Notes: generated by a model from the sequence alone, not told the origin. A DNA stretch of 64,000 nucleotides from Pyrodictiaceae archaeon (GCA_015521735.1 WANQ01000030.1:30659-94658), one strand, 5' to 3'; shown: positions 9,868 to 19,492, counted from the stretch's first letter. A program made the numbers and translations.

Positions 9868-10564
9868 AACCCACTAGCCTCCAAACAAACCCCCTCAACA
9901 ACACAACCATTTTTACAACCCTCCTCCTAGCCCTCATAGTAACTATATTCAAGGCCTCAACACTAGCCTCAACAGGATCTGTGATCTTCCTCCAAACAAT
10001 AGCTAGAGACAAGAGGATAGGCATAGACTCAGGCAGCAATCTAACTAAACCAGCGAACCTAGGGTGAAGACCGTAGTCTACGGGCTTCATAAGAATTACA
10101 GCAAGATTAGACACATGGTGTAGTATTGCTACAATAGTCCCAGCATAAAGAAACCACCAAGGAGTCCAAGGCCTAAGCACAGTTAACAAGAGCAAAAGAG
10201 TAATAGTCATAGGAACAGTATAGACCATACGTACAAGTACAACATACTTACCAGCAACCACTAACCCCTTAGTAGTAAGCTCAATAAAACCACCACTATC
10301 CCTCACCAACCCCTTCTTCTTAAGAACCCTAACCTGCTCATAAAAACTAGCCTTACTACGAGTAGGAGTCCCAAGAACCAAGGAAACAATCCTAGGAATA
10401 GCAGTATAATTCGAAGGCAACCTACCAAGCACAGCCAAAGTCAACAACAACTCCTTACCAGACTCAGAAAGACCCATAAAATTAACACTCTCAACAATAC
10501 TCCTAATCCTATGAAAAGGATAGAGAACACCCCTCAAAAACCTCCTAAAACTAAACCCAATCAT
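9851..10564 (-). CDS. Membrane-tethered winged-helix protein
   Basis: N-terminal wHTH-like region (SFYEQVRVLKKKGLVRDSGGFIELTTKG), followed by several TM helices (VPMTITLLLLLTVL, WWFLYAGTIVAILHHV, MPILLSLAIVW). Confidence 0.5.
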   Translation of the reverse strand: MIGFSFRRFLRGVLYPFHRIRSIVESVNFMGLSESGKELLLTLAVLGRLPSNYTAIPRIVSLVLGTPTRSKASFYEQVRVLKKKGLVRDSGGFIELTTKGLVVAGKYVVLVRMVYTVPMTITLLLLLTVLRPWTPWWFLYAGTIVAILHHVSNLAVILMKPVDYGLHPRFAGLVRLLPESMPILLSLAIVWRKITDPVEASVEALNIVTMRARRRVVKMVVLLRGFVWRLVGSRFYT

Positions 10565-10781
10565 CAGAGCACCCCCTCAATAAACTATAACACAGAGGGT
10601 AGTATACTTTTCCCGGTAAACTTACTTGGACGAAAACAAACAATGAATAGATAAACACCGTACCCGAAACCATATATACCAAGAACACCAACTAAGTAAA
10701 ACATGATAGGGCGGGATACAGCAACTACATACAATTTAAGTAAAACTGTCAATTACAACGATCATATATTCATATAATTAG

Positions 10782-11429
10782 ATGATTATACCTACTATTA
10801 GGGCTCTATGGAACATCTTACTTATTACCCTCCTCTACATAGTGGGAGTAGTGGGGGTGCTGAGGGTGTCTGAGCGAGCAGTAGCAATAACACTTACTAG
10901 GGAGCATGAAGAACTTGCAGAGCCGTTAACCATAACCCTCACTAAGACTAAGGTAGTGCTGAAGATAACACCGCTTGGTAGAATAGCTAACTACATGGGT
11001 GTGCGATTGGAAGTCCTTACACCACGTAACTACCACTTAGACTACGAAGAACTATTAGCAAGAGCAGCTGAAAACCTGAAAACACTAAACGCAACCATAA
11101 ACTACGTAAACCTACCAGGCTATGGCATAGAAGAAGCATTCCTTAAAGGAATGATCACTTACTCAAGTAACCCAGACATAGTAGTAGCATACTATAGGCA
11201 AACCATAGACCCACTAATAATACTTGTAAGAATAGACAGAGGAGAACTACTAGTAAAAACACTAGAAACAATAATAAGACTCATAGACAAGACACTAGAA
11301 GCCATGACAGAAGTAGGAAAACTAGTAAGAGAACTAGTAGAAAAAATACCAGACATAGCAGTTAAGACTACACTAAGCCATAGAGAAATAATCGACCGCA
11401 TCATCAGAGGATACCGTTTATCACGATAA
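10782..11429 (+). CDS. Hypothetical protein with N-terminal TM helix, paralog of 8181..8756
   Basis: TM helix ALWNILLITLLYIVGVVGVL. It shares the motifs EEAFLKG, DPLIILV and LIDKTLE...LVRE with 8181..8756. Confidence 0.55.
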   Translation: MIIPTIRALWNILLITLLYIVGVVGVLRVSERAVAITLTREHEELAEPLTITLTKTKVVLKITPLGRIANYMGVRLEVLTPRNYHLDYEELLARAAENLKTLNATINYVNLPGYGIEEAFLKGMITYSSNPDIVVAYYRQTIDPLIILVRIDRGELLVKTLETIIRLIDKTLEAMTEVGKLVRELVEKIPDIAVKTTLSHREIIDRIIRGYRLSR

Positions 11430-11481
11430 ACACATAACTCAACCATTTTTTCCTACCCCTACACCCCCCTCTCCAAGGACT

Positions 11482-11949
11482 ATGAGAGGAGCCATCAACT
11501 TGAACCTCGTAGACGAAATGTTTAGTAGGTTTAGAGTTAAGCCTAAGGGGATAGTTGATAGGAAAGCCTATACTATAGCCTTATCCAAGCTCTACATGGA
11601 GGGCTATGTAAGTTTAACAGAACTATTAGAGTACATGGAGCCCGCCAAGGCCTATAACACACTATACGTTATCGCTAAACAGTTATTCCCTTACATAGGC
11701 ATAATGGTGGAAAGACCCACACATACCAAGAAGTACGGTGAAATAATACTATTCACAAACATAACTAGAGCATCCAAACAACTATGTAAAAGCATAGACG
11801 TAAACATACTAGAATCACTCACAGAAATACTAGAGAAGAAGACGGAGAAGCTAAAGAAAAACACAAGATACAAAGCACACAGCATGATAGAAGCATTCAT
11901 AGAAGTATGTAGGAGAGAATTAGAGGAGAAGGTGGGAGTAGGTGGCTGA
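11482..11949 (+). CDS. Hypothetical protein (155 aa, possible wHTH)
   Basis: ORF with an ATG start. It overlaps the next gene by 8 nt, suggesting co-translation. Confidence 0.5.
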   Translation: MRGAINLNLVDEMFSRFRVKPKGIVDRKAYTIALSKLYMEGYVSLTELLEYMEPAKAYNTLYVIAKQLFPYIGIMVERPTHTKKYGEIILFTNITRASKQLCKSIDVNILESLTEILEKKTEKLKKNTRYKAHSMIEAFIEVCRRELEEKVGVGG

Positions 11950-12550
11950 AGAAATCATAGAACTACTACGTAGTAGACCTGAATACGTAGAATACCTTGA
12001 ACGAATAATTAAAGCTGAAGAAGAACTAGGAGACAGCGACTGGGGATGGGAGCCAGGGCAAATAGGAATACCAGGACACGTCATAAGAATACTATTAGAC
12101 AACAACATCATAAAAAGAGTATACGCTAGTAGAAGACATAGGGAATATAGGCTAACAATACCATTAGAAGAAGCAAGAAGAGCCATAAACGAGGTAAAAT
12201 CCAGACCCCAAATATCATACAGGGACATAGCAACCTACGCTATGATAGTAACACTACACCCAGAAGGAATGCTCAAAATACTAGAATACATAGAAAACCT
12301 CATCGAGACAGGAAGACTAAGAGGAGCAGTAAGAATATTCGAGAGAATAGCAGTAAGAGTAGATAGGCTAGCTAAACTATACGATAGAGTAAGTAGAAGC
12401 CAATGGAAACTACTCAAGGAGAAACAAAAACTACTACAAAGAGTACTAGATAAAACCCTAGAAATAGCATTAAAAATAGACGAGAAACTCAAAGAACTAG
12501 AAGAAACACCACCACAAGAAGTAGCTAGAAGACTAGGCTACATAGACTAA
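11942..12550 (+). CDS. Hypothetical protein (202 aa, coiled-coil C-terminus)
   Basis: ORF overlapping the previous stop codon. The C-terminal part is helical and charged (QWKLLKEKQKLLQRVLDKTLEIALKIDEKLKELEE). Confidence 0.5.
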   Translation: MAEEIIELLRSRPEYVEYLERIIKAEEELGDSDWGWEPGQIGIPGHVIRILLDNNIIKRVYASRRHREYRLTIPLEEARRAINEVKSRPQISYRDIATYAMIVTLHPEGMLKILEYIENLIETGRLRGAVRIFERIAVRVDRLAKLYDRVSRSQWKLLKEKQKLLQRVLDKTLEIALKIDEKLKELEETPPQEVARRLGYID

Positions 12551-12756
12551 TAACCCACTCAACCAAGAACTCCACGGAAGAACACAGTCCAAGCCAAGCA
12601 AACACTTGACTCCAAGACAACTAGGCCCTAAAATCCATGTACTGGGATAAGCCCCACCTTCTCTATTAAATACTCGTGTAACCCTACACTGTTAGGGGGT
12701 CCGAACCATCCTAGTACTTTTATGGTGAACCATCCACTACATACTCTTGTGGTACC

Positions 12757-15700
12757 ATGAAGGCTAGGCCCACTATACTATTACTCATAGTAGTCCTCCA
12801 ACTACTCCTACCAGTTAACTACATAGGCTATACTACTACAAACTACGCTACCAGTACTGTAAGCTTAAGAATAATACCATCTACACCAATGGACATGGAG
12901 CCCACCCTAGTACTAGTAGAATACCCCTACAACGACAACCCATACCTAAACACCAACATCACAGTCAACACCGACTTCAAGCTAAAGTATAGTACAAGCA
13001 TAGTAGAGTCTACTGGTACTAAGACTCTCACAGTAAACGTTATCAGAGAAAACACTCCAACCCCACAAGCATACGTAGAAGTCTACGATATCCTAGGAAA
13101 CATTGTAGCATCAGGATTCACTGATAGCAATGGTAAAATAGTGTTCAGTGTTAACCCAGGCGACTACATAGTTAAAGCATTATACGACGTCGACGGCGAC
13201 GACCTATACGAGGAATTTGGTTTAAGCAACGTTAAAGTAGGACTACTATTTGGTGCTGAAACAACAATATACCTTAAAGACATAGATAGAGTACTAGAAG
13301 AACTATTAGGCATAGCATCTAAGTATAGCATAACAACAACAATACCACTACTACGAGTAGACAGCAGACTATACATTACAAGTATACCAGGCCTACCCTC
13401 AAAACAATACAGTACATGGGCTCCAAAACCACTTCCACCAGGCACATTATACGTTAACGTTTACTCAAAAACAGTCCTAACACTAATGGATAGTTACGGC
13501 AAAGTAATCGGCAGAGTAGAATACACTGTATCAATGCCTAGGCCTAAGGAAAACCTTAAACCACTAGTACTAATGTTCGTAAACGATACATTAGAGAACA
13601 ATAGGCTATGGTTCGAGACACTAGGTCTATCACCAGAAGGCTGGAGTATTAGCGAAAACAAAGAACTAGTAGTTAATGTAGTAGCAGTAGACGATGAAAA
13701 CATTAGTAAAGTAGAATTCTACGTATCAGTAAATAGTGGTGAATGGACTAGGAAACCACTCTACAATCACCCATACATGGATAAGCTAAGATTACTCAAA
13801 AACACCGTAGAGAAACTATTAGGCAATATAACAAGCCTACTAGGCAGCCTAGGCATACCAGTAGACTATAAGCCTAAGATAAGCTTAGGAGTATACCAGG
13901 CAATACTACGTTTACCTAAAGGCTCATACGTACTATACTATGCTTACGCAGTAGATAGTGAAGGATCGTCAAGCGAATCCCCTATGGGGCTAGTACACGT
14001 CTACACCAGTACGCCTAAACATAGAATACTCGTAGTTGACCCACATGTTAAGCTATGGCTACTTAGAGCTAATGGACTTGAACTACTAGACCAGGTAAAA
14101 TCAAGCATAGACTACTACAAGATAGCACAACTAGTATATACTAGGAACTGGAAGTACCGTGAAAACATTACAAAAATTATAGAAGCGTTAGTAGACTACG
14201 GGTTCACACCATTCCATTACTGGGGTTACATGCTAGGAGACCTCTACGAGTTCAAGATAGTATGGCCAGATGAAAACCTAAGCAGTGTACTAGAGGAGTA
14301 CAAGCCAGACGTAATAATACTAAGCAACCTGTATCTAGGAGTAAATGGCTCAGACATATTCGACTGGGATCTAAAAGACCTAGACGTACTAAGCAACCTC
14401 ATAGAATATGTTCAGGAAAACCATGCAGGCCTAATAGCTACTCATGGAACACTAAGCGACCTATACATATGGTATGATACTGGAGAATACTATAAAGTTG
14501 GTAGCCGAGGCCATGTAGGCTCTAAGCCCGAAGACATAGGCATACTAGTGGATAGCCTAGTAGAGGAGAAAACAGTTTCAGCTATGACAGGGCTTAGATG
14601 GACACCTCTATTCGAGTACATTAGGGATCAGATAGCATACCATGTATGTAGTCTTGGAGATAGCCTCATGGAAACAAACCCTATAGCAGGTACAGTTGTT
14701 AAAGCAGTAGGACTAGCTATTGGGTCAACACCACTACAAATACCATGGATACCCTGGAATGGCTCACTAAGGCCAACAAATGATACATTCATAGAAGGAT
14801 GGAGCATACCAAGCGAACCAGTAATAATACCCAGCCCATACCAAGAACTATCAAGTAAATACAAAGCCTACACACAAATAGGATGGCAACTAGGCTCACC
14901 CAAAATAGCATTCAACATAATGCTTAATGAGCTTAAGAAAAAGAAGCCAATCATAACAGAATTCTACGAAAACCTCTCAAAACTACTAAGCACCGCCACG
15001 AACAGAGAGTTAGCCAAGATACGAGAATACGTTAACAGGACAATAGATCACGGACTACTAGATCTTGTGAAAACCTACTCGCAAATGAATATCACAGACA
15101 ACACCATAACCATAAACCCCATAATACCTGAAATAGAAGAAAAGCCATGGGTTAAGGAGAAATTAAAACTAAACACAACGCTAACCAATAAGGTAAAAAG
15201 CATACTACTACAATACTATCCGGTAAAGATATTTGCTCTATCACCAGATTATCTCGCCGGCATTGTAGGATATGATAAGTTCTGGGACGAGGAGAAAGGT
15301 TACCGAGCAATATACTTTAGCTTCGAGGTAGAAGCATGTATAACCTACTCATGCAAACACTTGCTAAGACAAGCAGTTAACTGGACAACATCGTGGAAGT
15401 ACATAGACATACTAGAACTACTAGAAAACACTATCCCAGTTGAGAAGAAGAAAGCAGAGATAATAGACAAGGTACTAGAAGAACTAAACGCTACAGAAAT
15501 ACTATCACATACAACAATACTACCAAGTAATAGTACGTTAAAACTAAACGTAAGCGTAGAGGAAGGCCAACCAATACTCCTAGTCTACACACCCATAGAG
15601 GTAGGAGAAGTAGAGGTAAAACCCAAGCCCATAGAAGTAGAAGAAGTAGCCAAGGGAGTATACAAAATAGTATTGGAGAAGGTAAAGCCAGGTACACTAA

Positions 15701-16734
15701 GCCTAGAGCTAAGAATAAGAGGCGCAGACACCATAATCCAGCCAATACTAGTTAAACTAGTAGAGAAAATAACTGGGAAACCCAGCATAAAGAACATAGT
15801 AAGAATAAAAGTACTAGACAAAGAGAACGTAGAAGTATACTTCAATACAACACAACTACTAAGACAAGGCATAAGAGAAATAGTAGTCAACAAGACATTG
15901 CTAGGAAACCTACTACCAGCAAACATTACACTAAAAACCACGCTAACAATAAAGAACACACGTATAAGTATAAGCCTAAAAGACTACACAGACCCCAAAG
16001 ACAGGCTAAGAAAAGACCTCAACATCAAAAACATCCTAGAAGACATAAACACGTCTATAACACTAAAGCTGCGTAAGGGAACAAGAACACCAAGCCAAAT
16101 AACAATAACAGTCAAAGACAACATACCCAGAGCAAACCAAGTAATCCTACCAATAGCATGGAACCTAGAACCCAGTGGAACAGTCTTCGATAAACCCATA
16201 ACAATAACCATAACCTACCCAGAAAAATACGTTAAAGGCATAGATGAAGCCAACATAAGAATAGCATACTACGACGAAGAGAAAAACAGGTGGATACCAC
16301 TAAAAACAACCATATACCCAGAACAAAACAAAGCAATAGCAAACACAAGCCACTTCACACTATACACACTAATAATAACACCACAAGAACAAACAACTAA
16401 GCCAACACCAACACAAACCCCCACAACAACCATCACAGTAACCAAGACAACAACCACAAAGAAAACCACAACAATAACAATAGCCACAACAACTACAACA
16501 ACAAAAACAACCACAAAAGAAACAACCACAACAAGACAACTAACAACAACAACCACCCAAACAATAACAAAAACCTACACAACCCAGAAAACAATCCAGA
16601 AAACAACCACAATAACCCAGAAAACAATACCATACGAAACACTAGCAGCACTCACAATAGTAGCAATAATACTAATACCAATCACAGCAACCATAACAAG
16701 AAAAAGAAAAACAAAGAAAACAACCAAAACCTAA
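12757..16734 (+). CDS. Large secreted/surface-anchored protein (1325 aa) with Thr-rich stalk, C-terminal TM anchor and basic tail
   Basis: Signal-like N-terminus MKARPTILLLIVVLQLLLPV. Carboxypeptidase-regulatory-like segment VEVYDILGNIVASGFTDSNGKIVFSVNPGDYIVKA, with many N-x-S/T sequons. The C-terminus runs TTKPTPTQTPTTTITVTKTTTTKKTTT..., then the TM helix LAALTIVAIILIPITATI, then RKRKTKKTTKT. Confidence 0.8.
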   Translation: MKARPTILLLIVVLQLLLPVNYIGYTTTNYATSTVSLRIIPSTPMDMEPTLVLVEYPYNDNPYLNTNITVNTDFKLKYSTSIVESTGTKTLTVNVIRENTPTPQAYVEVYDILGNIVASGFTDSNGKIVFSVNPGDYIVKALYDVDGDDLYEEFGLSNVKVGLLFGAETTIYLKDIDRVLEELLGIASKYSITTTIPLLRVDSRLYITSIPGLPSKQYSTWAPKPLPPGTLYVNVYSKTVLTLMDSYGKVIGRVEYTVSMPRPKENLKPLVLMFVNDTLENNRLWFETLGLSPEGWSISENKELVVNVVAVDDENISKVEFYVSVNSGEWTRKPLYNHPYMDKLRLLKNTVEKLLGNITSLLGSLGIPVDYKPKISLGVYQAILRLPKGSYVLYYAYAVDSEGSSSESPMGLVHVYTSTPKHRILVVDPHVKLWLLRANGLELLDQVKSSIDYYKIAQLVYTRNWKYRENITKIIEALVDYGFTPFHYWGYMLGDLYEFKIVWPDENLSSVLEEYKPDVIILSNLYLGVNGSDIFDWDLKDLDVLSNLIEYVQENHAGLIATHGTLSDLYIWYDTGEYYKVGSRGHVGSKPEDIGILVDSLVEEKTVSAMTGLRWTPLFEYIRDQIAYHVCSLGDSLMETNPIAGTVVKAVGLAIGSTPLQIPWIPWNGSLRPTNDTFIEGWSIPSEPVIIPSPYQELSSKYKAYTQIGWQLGSPKIAFNIMLNELKKKKPIITEFYENLSKLLSTATNRELAKIREYVNRTIDHGLLDLVKTYSQMNITDNTITINPIIPEIEEKPWVKEKLKLNTTLTNKVKSILLQYYPVKIFALSPDYLAGIVGYDKFWDEEKGYRAIYFSFEVEACITYSCKHLLRQAVNWTTSWKYIDILELLENTIPVEKKKAEIIDKVLEELNATEILSHTTILPSNSTLKLNVSVEEGQPILLVYTPIEVGEVEVKPKPIEVEEVAKGVYKIVLEKVKPGTLSLELRIRGADTIIQPILVKLVEKITGKPSIKNIVRIKVLDKENVEVYFNTTQLLRQGIREIVVNKTLLGNLLPANITLKTTLTIKNTRISISLKDYTDPKDRLRKDLNIKNILEDINTSITLKLRKGTRTPSQITITVKDNIPRANQVILPIAWNLEPSGTVFDKPITITITYPEKYVKGIDEANIRIAYYDEEKNRWIPLKTTIYPEQNKAIANTSHFTLYTLIITPQEQTTKPTPTQTPTTTITVTKTTTTKKTTTITIATTTTTTKTTTKETTTTRQLTTTTTQTITKTYTTQKTIQKTTTITQKTIPYETLAALTIVAIILIPITATITRKRKTKKTTKT
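16381..16635 (+). repeat. Low-complexity A/C-only coding tract (Thr/Lys/Gln-rich stalk of the surface protein)
   Basis: The DNA here is almost exclusively A and C (ACA/ACC/AAA/CAA codons), e.g. acaacaaccacaaagaaaaccacaacaataacaatagccacaacaactacaacaacaaaaacaacc. Confidence 0.8.
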
Positions 16735-16763
16735 CACAAAAAACATCCCACAACACACTCAAT

Positions 16764-16772
16764 CCTTTTTTA
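16764..16772 (+). terminator. T-tract (ccttttttag), possible archaeal terminator of the surface-protein gene
   Basis: A run of six T at 16766-16771, about 30 nt after the stop codon and just before the last CRISPR repeat. Confidence 0.3.
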
Positions 16773-16786
16773 GAACTCCACATCAA

Positions 16787-17640
16787 CTTTCAGTTCTTTT
16801 TGGTTTGATTGAACTAAGCAAAGCGTTGTGGAAATTAACTTACCTCTAGAGTTTCTCTTTCAGTTCTTTTTGGTTTGATTGTAGAGCTTTAATTGAATCA
16901 TATAACTTAGGCTAGCTTTTAACTCACTTTCAGTTCTTTTTGGTTTGATTGGAAGAAAACAAAAAGAGCAAGGTATCACGATACTCAGAGTGATCGCACT
17001 TTCAGTTCTTTTTGGTTTGATTGCAGTATACAAGGATAAGTCTTATGAAAATGAGGTAGTAATATATGCTTTCAGTTCTTTTTGGTTTGATTGAGCTTCC
17101 TTACAGTCATGTTCTGCACCTAGTATACACTTGTATACTTTCAGTTCTTTTTGGTTTGATTGCAATGGGATCCTCAAAGTATGTGAATGTAAAGATTAGA
17201 AGAGCTTTCAGTTCTTTTTGGTTTGATTGCCATCCTTATAAAAGTCTATCGTCTCCGCCCAGTATTCACTAAACTATCTTTCAGTTCTTTTTGGTTTGAT
17301 TGAGAATGCGTGGTGTGATATGATGTTGCCGACAATTAACGACAACTTTCAGTTCTTTTTGGTTTGATTGACACGGGTGAGCCACTACAGGGTGCAACAA
17401 TAAAAGTTAATGGTCTTTCAGTTCTTTTTGGTTTGATTGAGACGAGATAATTAAGATGGGCAGTGTAGTAGTTCAGTTGACTTTCAGTTCTTTTTGGTTT
17501 GATTGAACACCTTAATTGAAATGCTCAACAACATAGCAGACCACGAAACTTTCAGTTCTTTTTGGTTTGATTGAGCACGCCTTAGAGAAGTTGTTCGTGA
17601 AGCCGAGCGTAGGGCCTTTCAGTTCTTTTTGGTTTGATTG
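16787..17640 (-). CRISPR. CRISPR array: 13 identical 25-bp repeats and 12 unique spacers of 41-48 bp
   Basis: The repeat on the + strand is CTTTCAGTTCTTTTTGGTTTGATTG. Repeats start at 16787, 16857, 16927, 16999, 17069, 17138, 17205, 17278, 17346, 17415, 17481, 17549 and 17616. The minus-strand reading CAATCAAACCAAAAAGAACTGAAAG ends in the archaeal ...TGAAAG 5'-handle motif. The long AT-rich non-coding flank lies at 17641 onward, so transcription is inferred to be on the minus strand. Confidence 0.95.
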
Positions 17641-17800
17641 TGGACTTTGGGTGTTTCTTCGTGTTTTACTATGTTATTGTACTAGTATTTATTTTTATTG
17701 TACTGTTCTCTACGTTAGAAGGGGTTACACGATTTCCTAGTATATATGTTTTATATGTGCACCGGTGAAGAAGTGGGAGCAACCCTAGCCTATAAGCCTT
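17641..17800 (-). promoter_or_regulatory. Putative CRISPR leader with TATA-like elements
   Basis: AT-rich non-coding flank adjacent to repeat 13. It contains the duplicated ttattgtact (17674 and 17695) and tatatatgttttatatg (about 17741-17757), which reads ATATAAAAC/ATATATAC on the minus strand. The opposite flank is only 52 bp from a stop codon. Confidence 0.5.
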
Positions 17801-18000
17801 CTTGAACTCATGCCATTACTATGAATTCTATTAGTTGAGGCTTGGCCTTCAGAACCGTGATGTAGAGCTGAACGTGTAGAATCATGTAGATTTACCACAG
17901 CCATGTCTCATCACATAGAATTAAGTAATAAGTAGGAATAGAATAATATGGTGCACCAATAAGAAGAATAGAGGGATAGATTAAGGTGTTTTAAGGTGCT

Positions 18001-18655
18001 TTAGAATTGGTCTTTGTCTTGGAGCTTTGTGGTTTTTGCAAGGAGTTTTGATAGGAATATTTCACGGTCTTCGCAGAGTATTATTTCTATGTTATGGTCC
18101 ACGTAGGTCACCTTTAATGTCCTCTAGTTCATCGTATGCTTCTTCGCCACTGAGTACCTCGTAGTCTATTTCGCCATCTGGTAACCTGTATAACCTGATA
18201 ATGCTTACCTCGCTTAGCGTTTCCCGTTGTTTAGCGCTATCTAGTAGGGCCGTGCTTCCTTGCAAACCCGGTTAGCTCTCAAGCATACTTCTCTAGGAAA
18301 CCTGGGTGCATATGTAGTTCTGGCTCCTCAATTAGATTAATTCTTACACCATAAAATACTCGGCGTAAACAACTCCAGTAACGCTAGTAAGCCATCACCG
18401 ACAACATCTATTGGAACAACCTCCTTTCTCCCCATTAAACTTGAATACAACCATACCATTCCTATAGTCGTAGAAGTACGGGATAAGTGTACGTAGCCTT
18501 TCAACTAGCTCTATAACCTTCTCTACAGGTAAATCATCAAGCCTCCTAATAAGGCTCTTCTCACCATACATCCTCACATATACAGGCTGCAACCTTAAAT
18601 CAGTAAACTGGACTTGCTCAGACCTATATTCTTTCTCTCCTACGAGTGTAAAGTA
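18001..18655 (-). pseudogene. Multi-frameshifted gene remnant beside the CRISPR leader (original function unknown)
   Basis: Minus-strand coding-looking peptide runs continue one another in at least four different frames. These are ...EQVQFTDLRLQPVYVRMYGEKSLIRRLDDLPVEKVIELVERLRTLIPYFYDYRNGMVVFKFNGEKGG | VVPIDVVGDGLLALLELFTP | FYGVRINLIEEPELHMHPGFLEKYA | GSTALLDSAKQRETLSEVSIIRLYRLPDGEIDYEVLSGEEAYDELEDIKG | VTYVDHNIEIILCEDREIFLSKLLAKTTKL. Only one piece (18395..18592) appears in the ORF track. Confidence 0.35.
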
Positions 18656-18659
18656 GTGG

Positions 18660-18989
18660 TTACGTGATTTTTATTTTTGGTTTATTTTCTAGGTATTTTT
18701 GTGCTGTTTTCTCGTCTGTTATGTGGAATTCGTATAGATGGCTCCATTCTATTTTTTCTTTCTCTAGTATTTCCCTTATTTTTGCTGTTTTCTCTGCTAT
18801 TTCTTGGGCACTTGTTGGAGGGTTTCTGCATACTATTAGTACGTCTATGTCGCTTTTAGCTGTGAGCTTGTTTTCTGCTGCTCCTCCTATTATGTATGCG
18901 TGGCAGTTTGGTAGTGTTTGTTTTATGGCTTTTGCTAGTGTGTTGACGTGTTTTCTCCATTCTAGTAGTGCTCTTAGTCTTTCAACCAT
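18660..18989 (-). CDS. Minimal nucleotidyltransferase (MNT, HEPN-cognate antitoxin-type)
   Basis: NTP_transf_2 signature IIGGAAENKLTAKSDIDVLIV. It is 109 aa and starts 11 nt after the HEPN stop codon. Confidence 0.85.
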   Translation of the reverse strand: MVERLRALLEWRKHVNTLAKAIKQTLPNCHAYIIGGAAENKLTAKSDIDVLIVCRNPPTSAQEIAEKTAKIREILEKEKIEWSHLYEFHITDEKTAQKYLENKPKIKIT

Positions 18990-19000
18990 GTACTTGGTGC

Positions 19001-19492
19001 TTATTCTCCCTTCACCTCTCTCCTTATTTCCTCTAATAGCCTTACCAGTTTATCTGCGAATTCTAGAGCTTTTAGAGCGTCTTCACGTGTGTACTCGATG
19101 CTTACCGTGTAGCGTGCTCCTATGTAGCTTTCATCTAATAGGTCTATTATACTTCTATTCCCCCTAACCATGTCTGATAGCCTTGTAGCTAGTCTACTGT
19201 ATCCTGCAGTAGCTAGTTCTCGTCTAAGAATTGCTAGGTGTTCTAGGACTCCATGTACTCTTGTCTCAGTTCCAAACAACTCTACGAGTACTGCTTTAAG
19301 GTATAATTGTAGTGCTTGTTCTACGTCAAGACATGCTAGGTCATAGTCTCCCCACTCAATTCTAAGTTTCGCTGTCCTCAAATAACTCCTAGCTCTCCTC
19401 AAGAATTCTCCTACGAGAACTCCACTCAAGGGATACGTGTGCCTCAACACTGTTATTCTATAGAGAGACAGGATAGGGTAGTGGGATTGCAT
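19001..19492 (-). CDS. HEPN domain protein (partner of MNT)
   Basis: Classical HEPN layout: RARSYLRTAKLRIEWGDYDLACLDVEQALQLYLKAVL, then TRVHGVLEHL (the R..H site), then YIGARYT. Its ATG directly abuts the upstream stop codon (TAGATG). Confidence 0.85.
   Translation of the reverse strand: MQSHYPILSLYRITVLRHTYPLSGVLVGEFLRRARSYLRTAKLRIEWGDYDLACLDVEQALQLYLKAVLVELFGTETRVHGVLEHLAILRRELATAGYSRLATRLSDMVRGNRSIIDLLDESYIGARYTVSIEYTREDALKALEFADKLVRLLEEIRREVKGE

Noticed and set aside
16269-16556. 95-aa poly-Val ORF (MVVVVSCLVVVVSFVVVFVVVVVV...).
   Set aside because: It is the reverse complement of the ACA/ACC Thr-repeat tract of the surface protein, so it is an artefact of the repeat.
17066-17272. 68-aa ORF across the CRISPR array, containing the repeated peptide LSVLFGLI.
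   Set aside because: It is a translation of consecutive CRISPR repeats and spacers, not a gene.
18664-19167. 167-aa and 60-aa plus-strand ORFs overlapping the MNT and HEPN genes. Also the ORFs at 19528..20129 antisense to the CARF gene.
   Set aside because: The opposite-strand genes have clear family signatures. These ORFs are Phe/Leu/Ser-rich products of G/T-skewed sequence.
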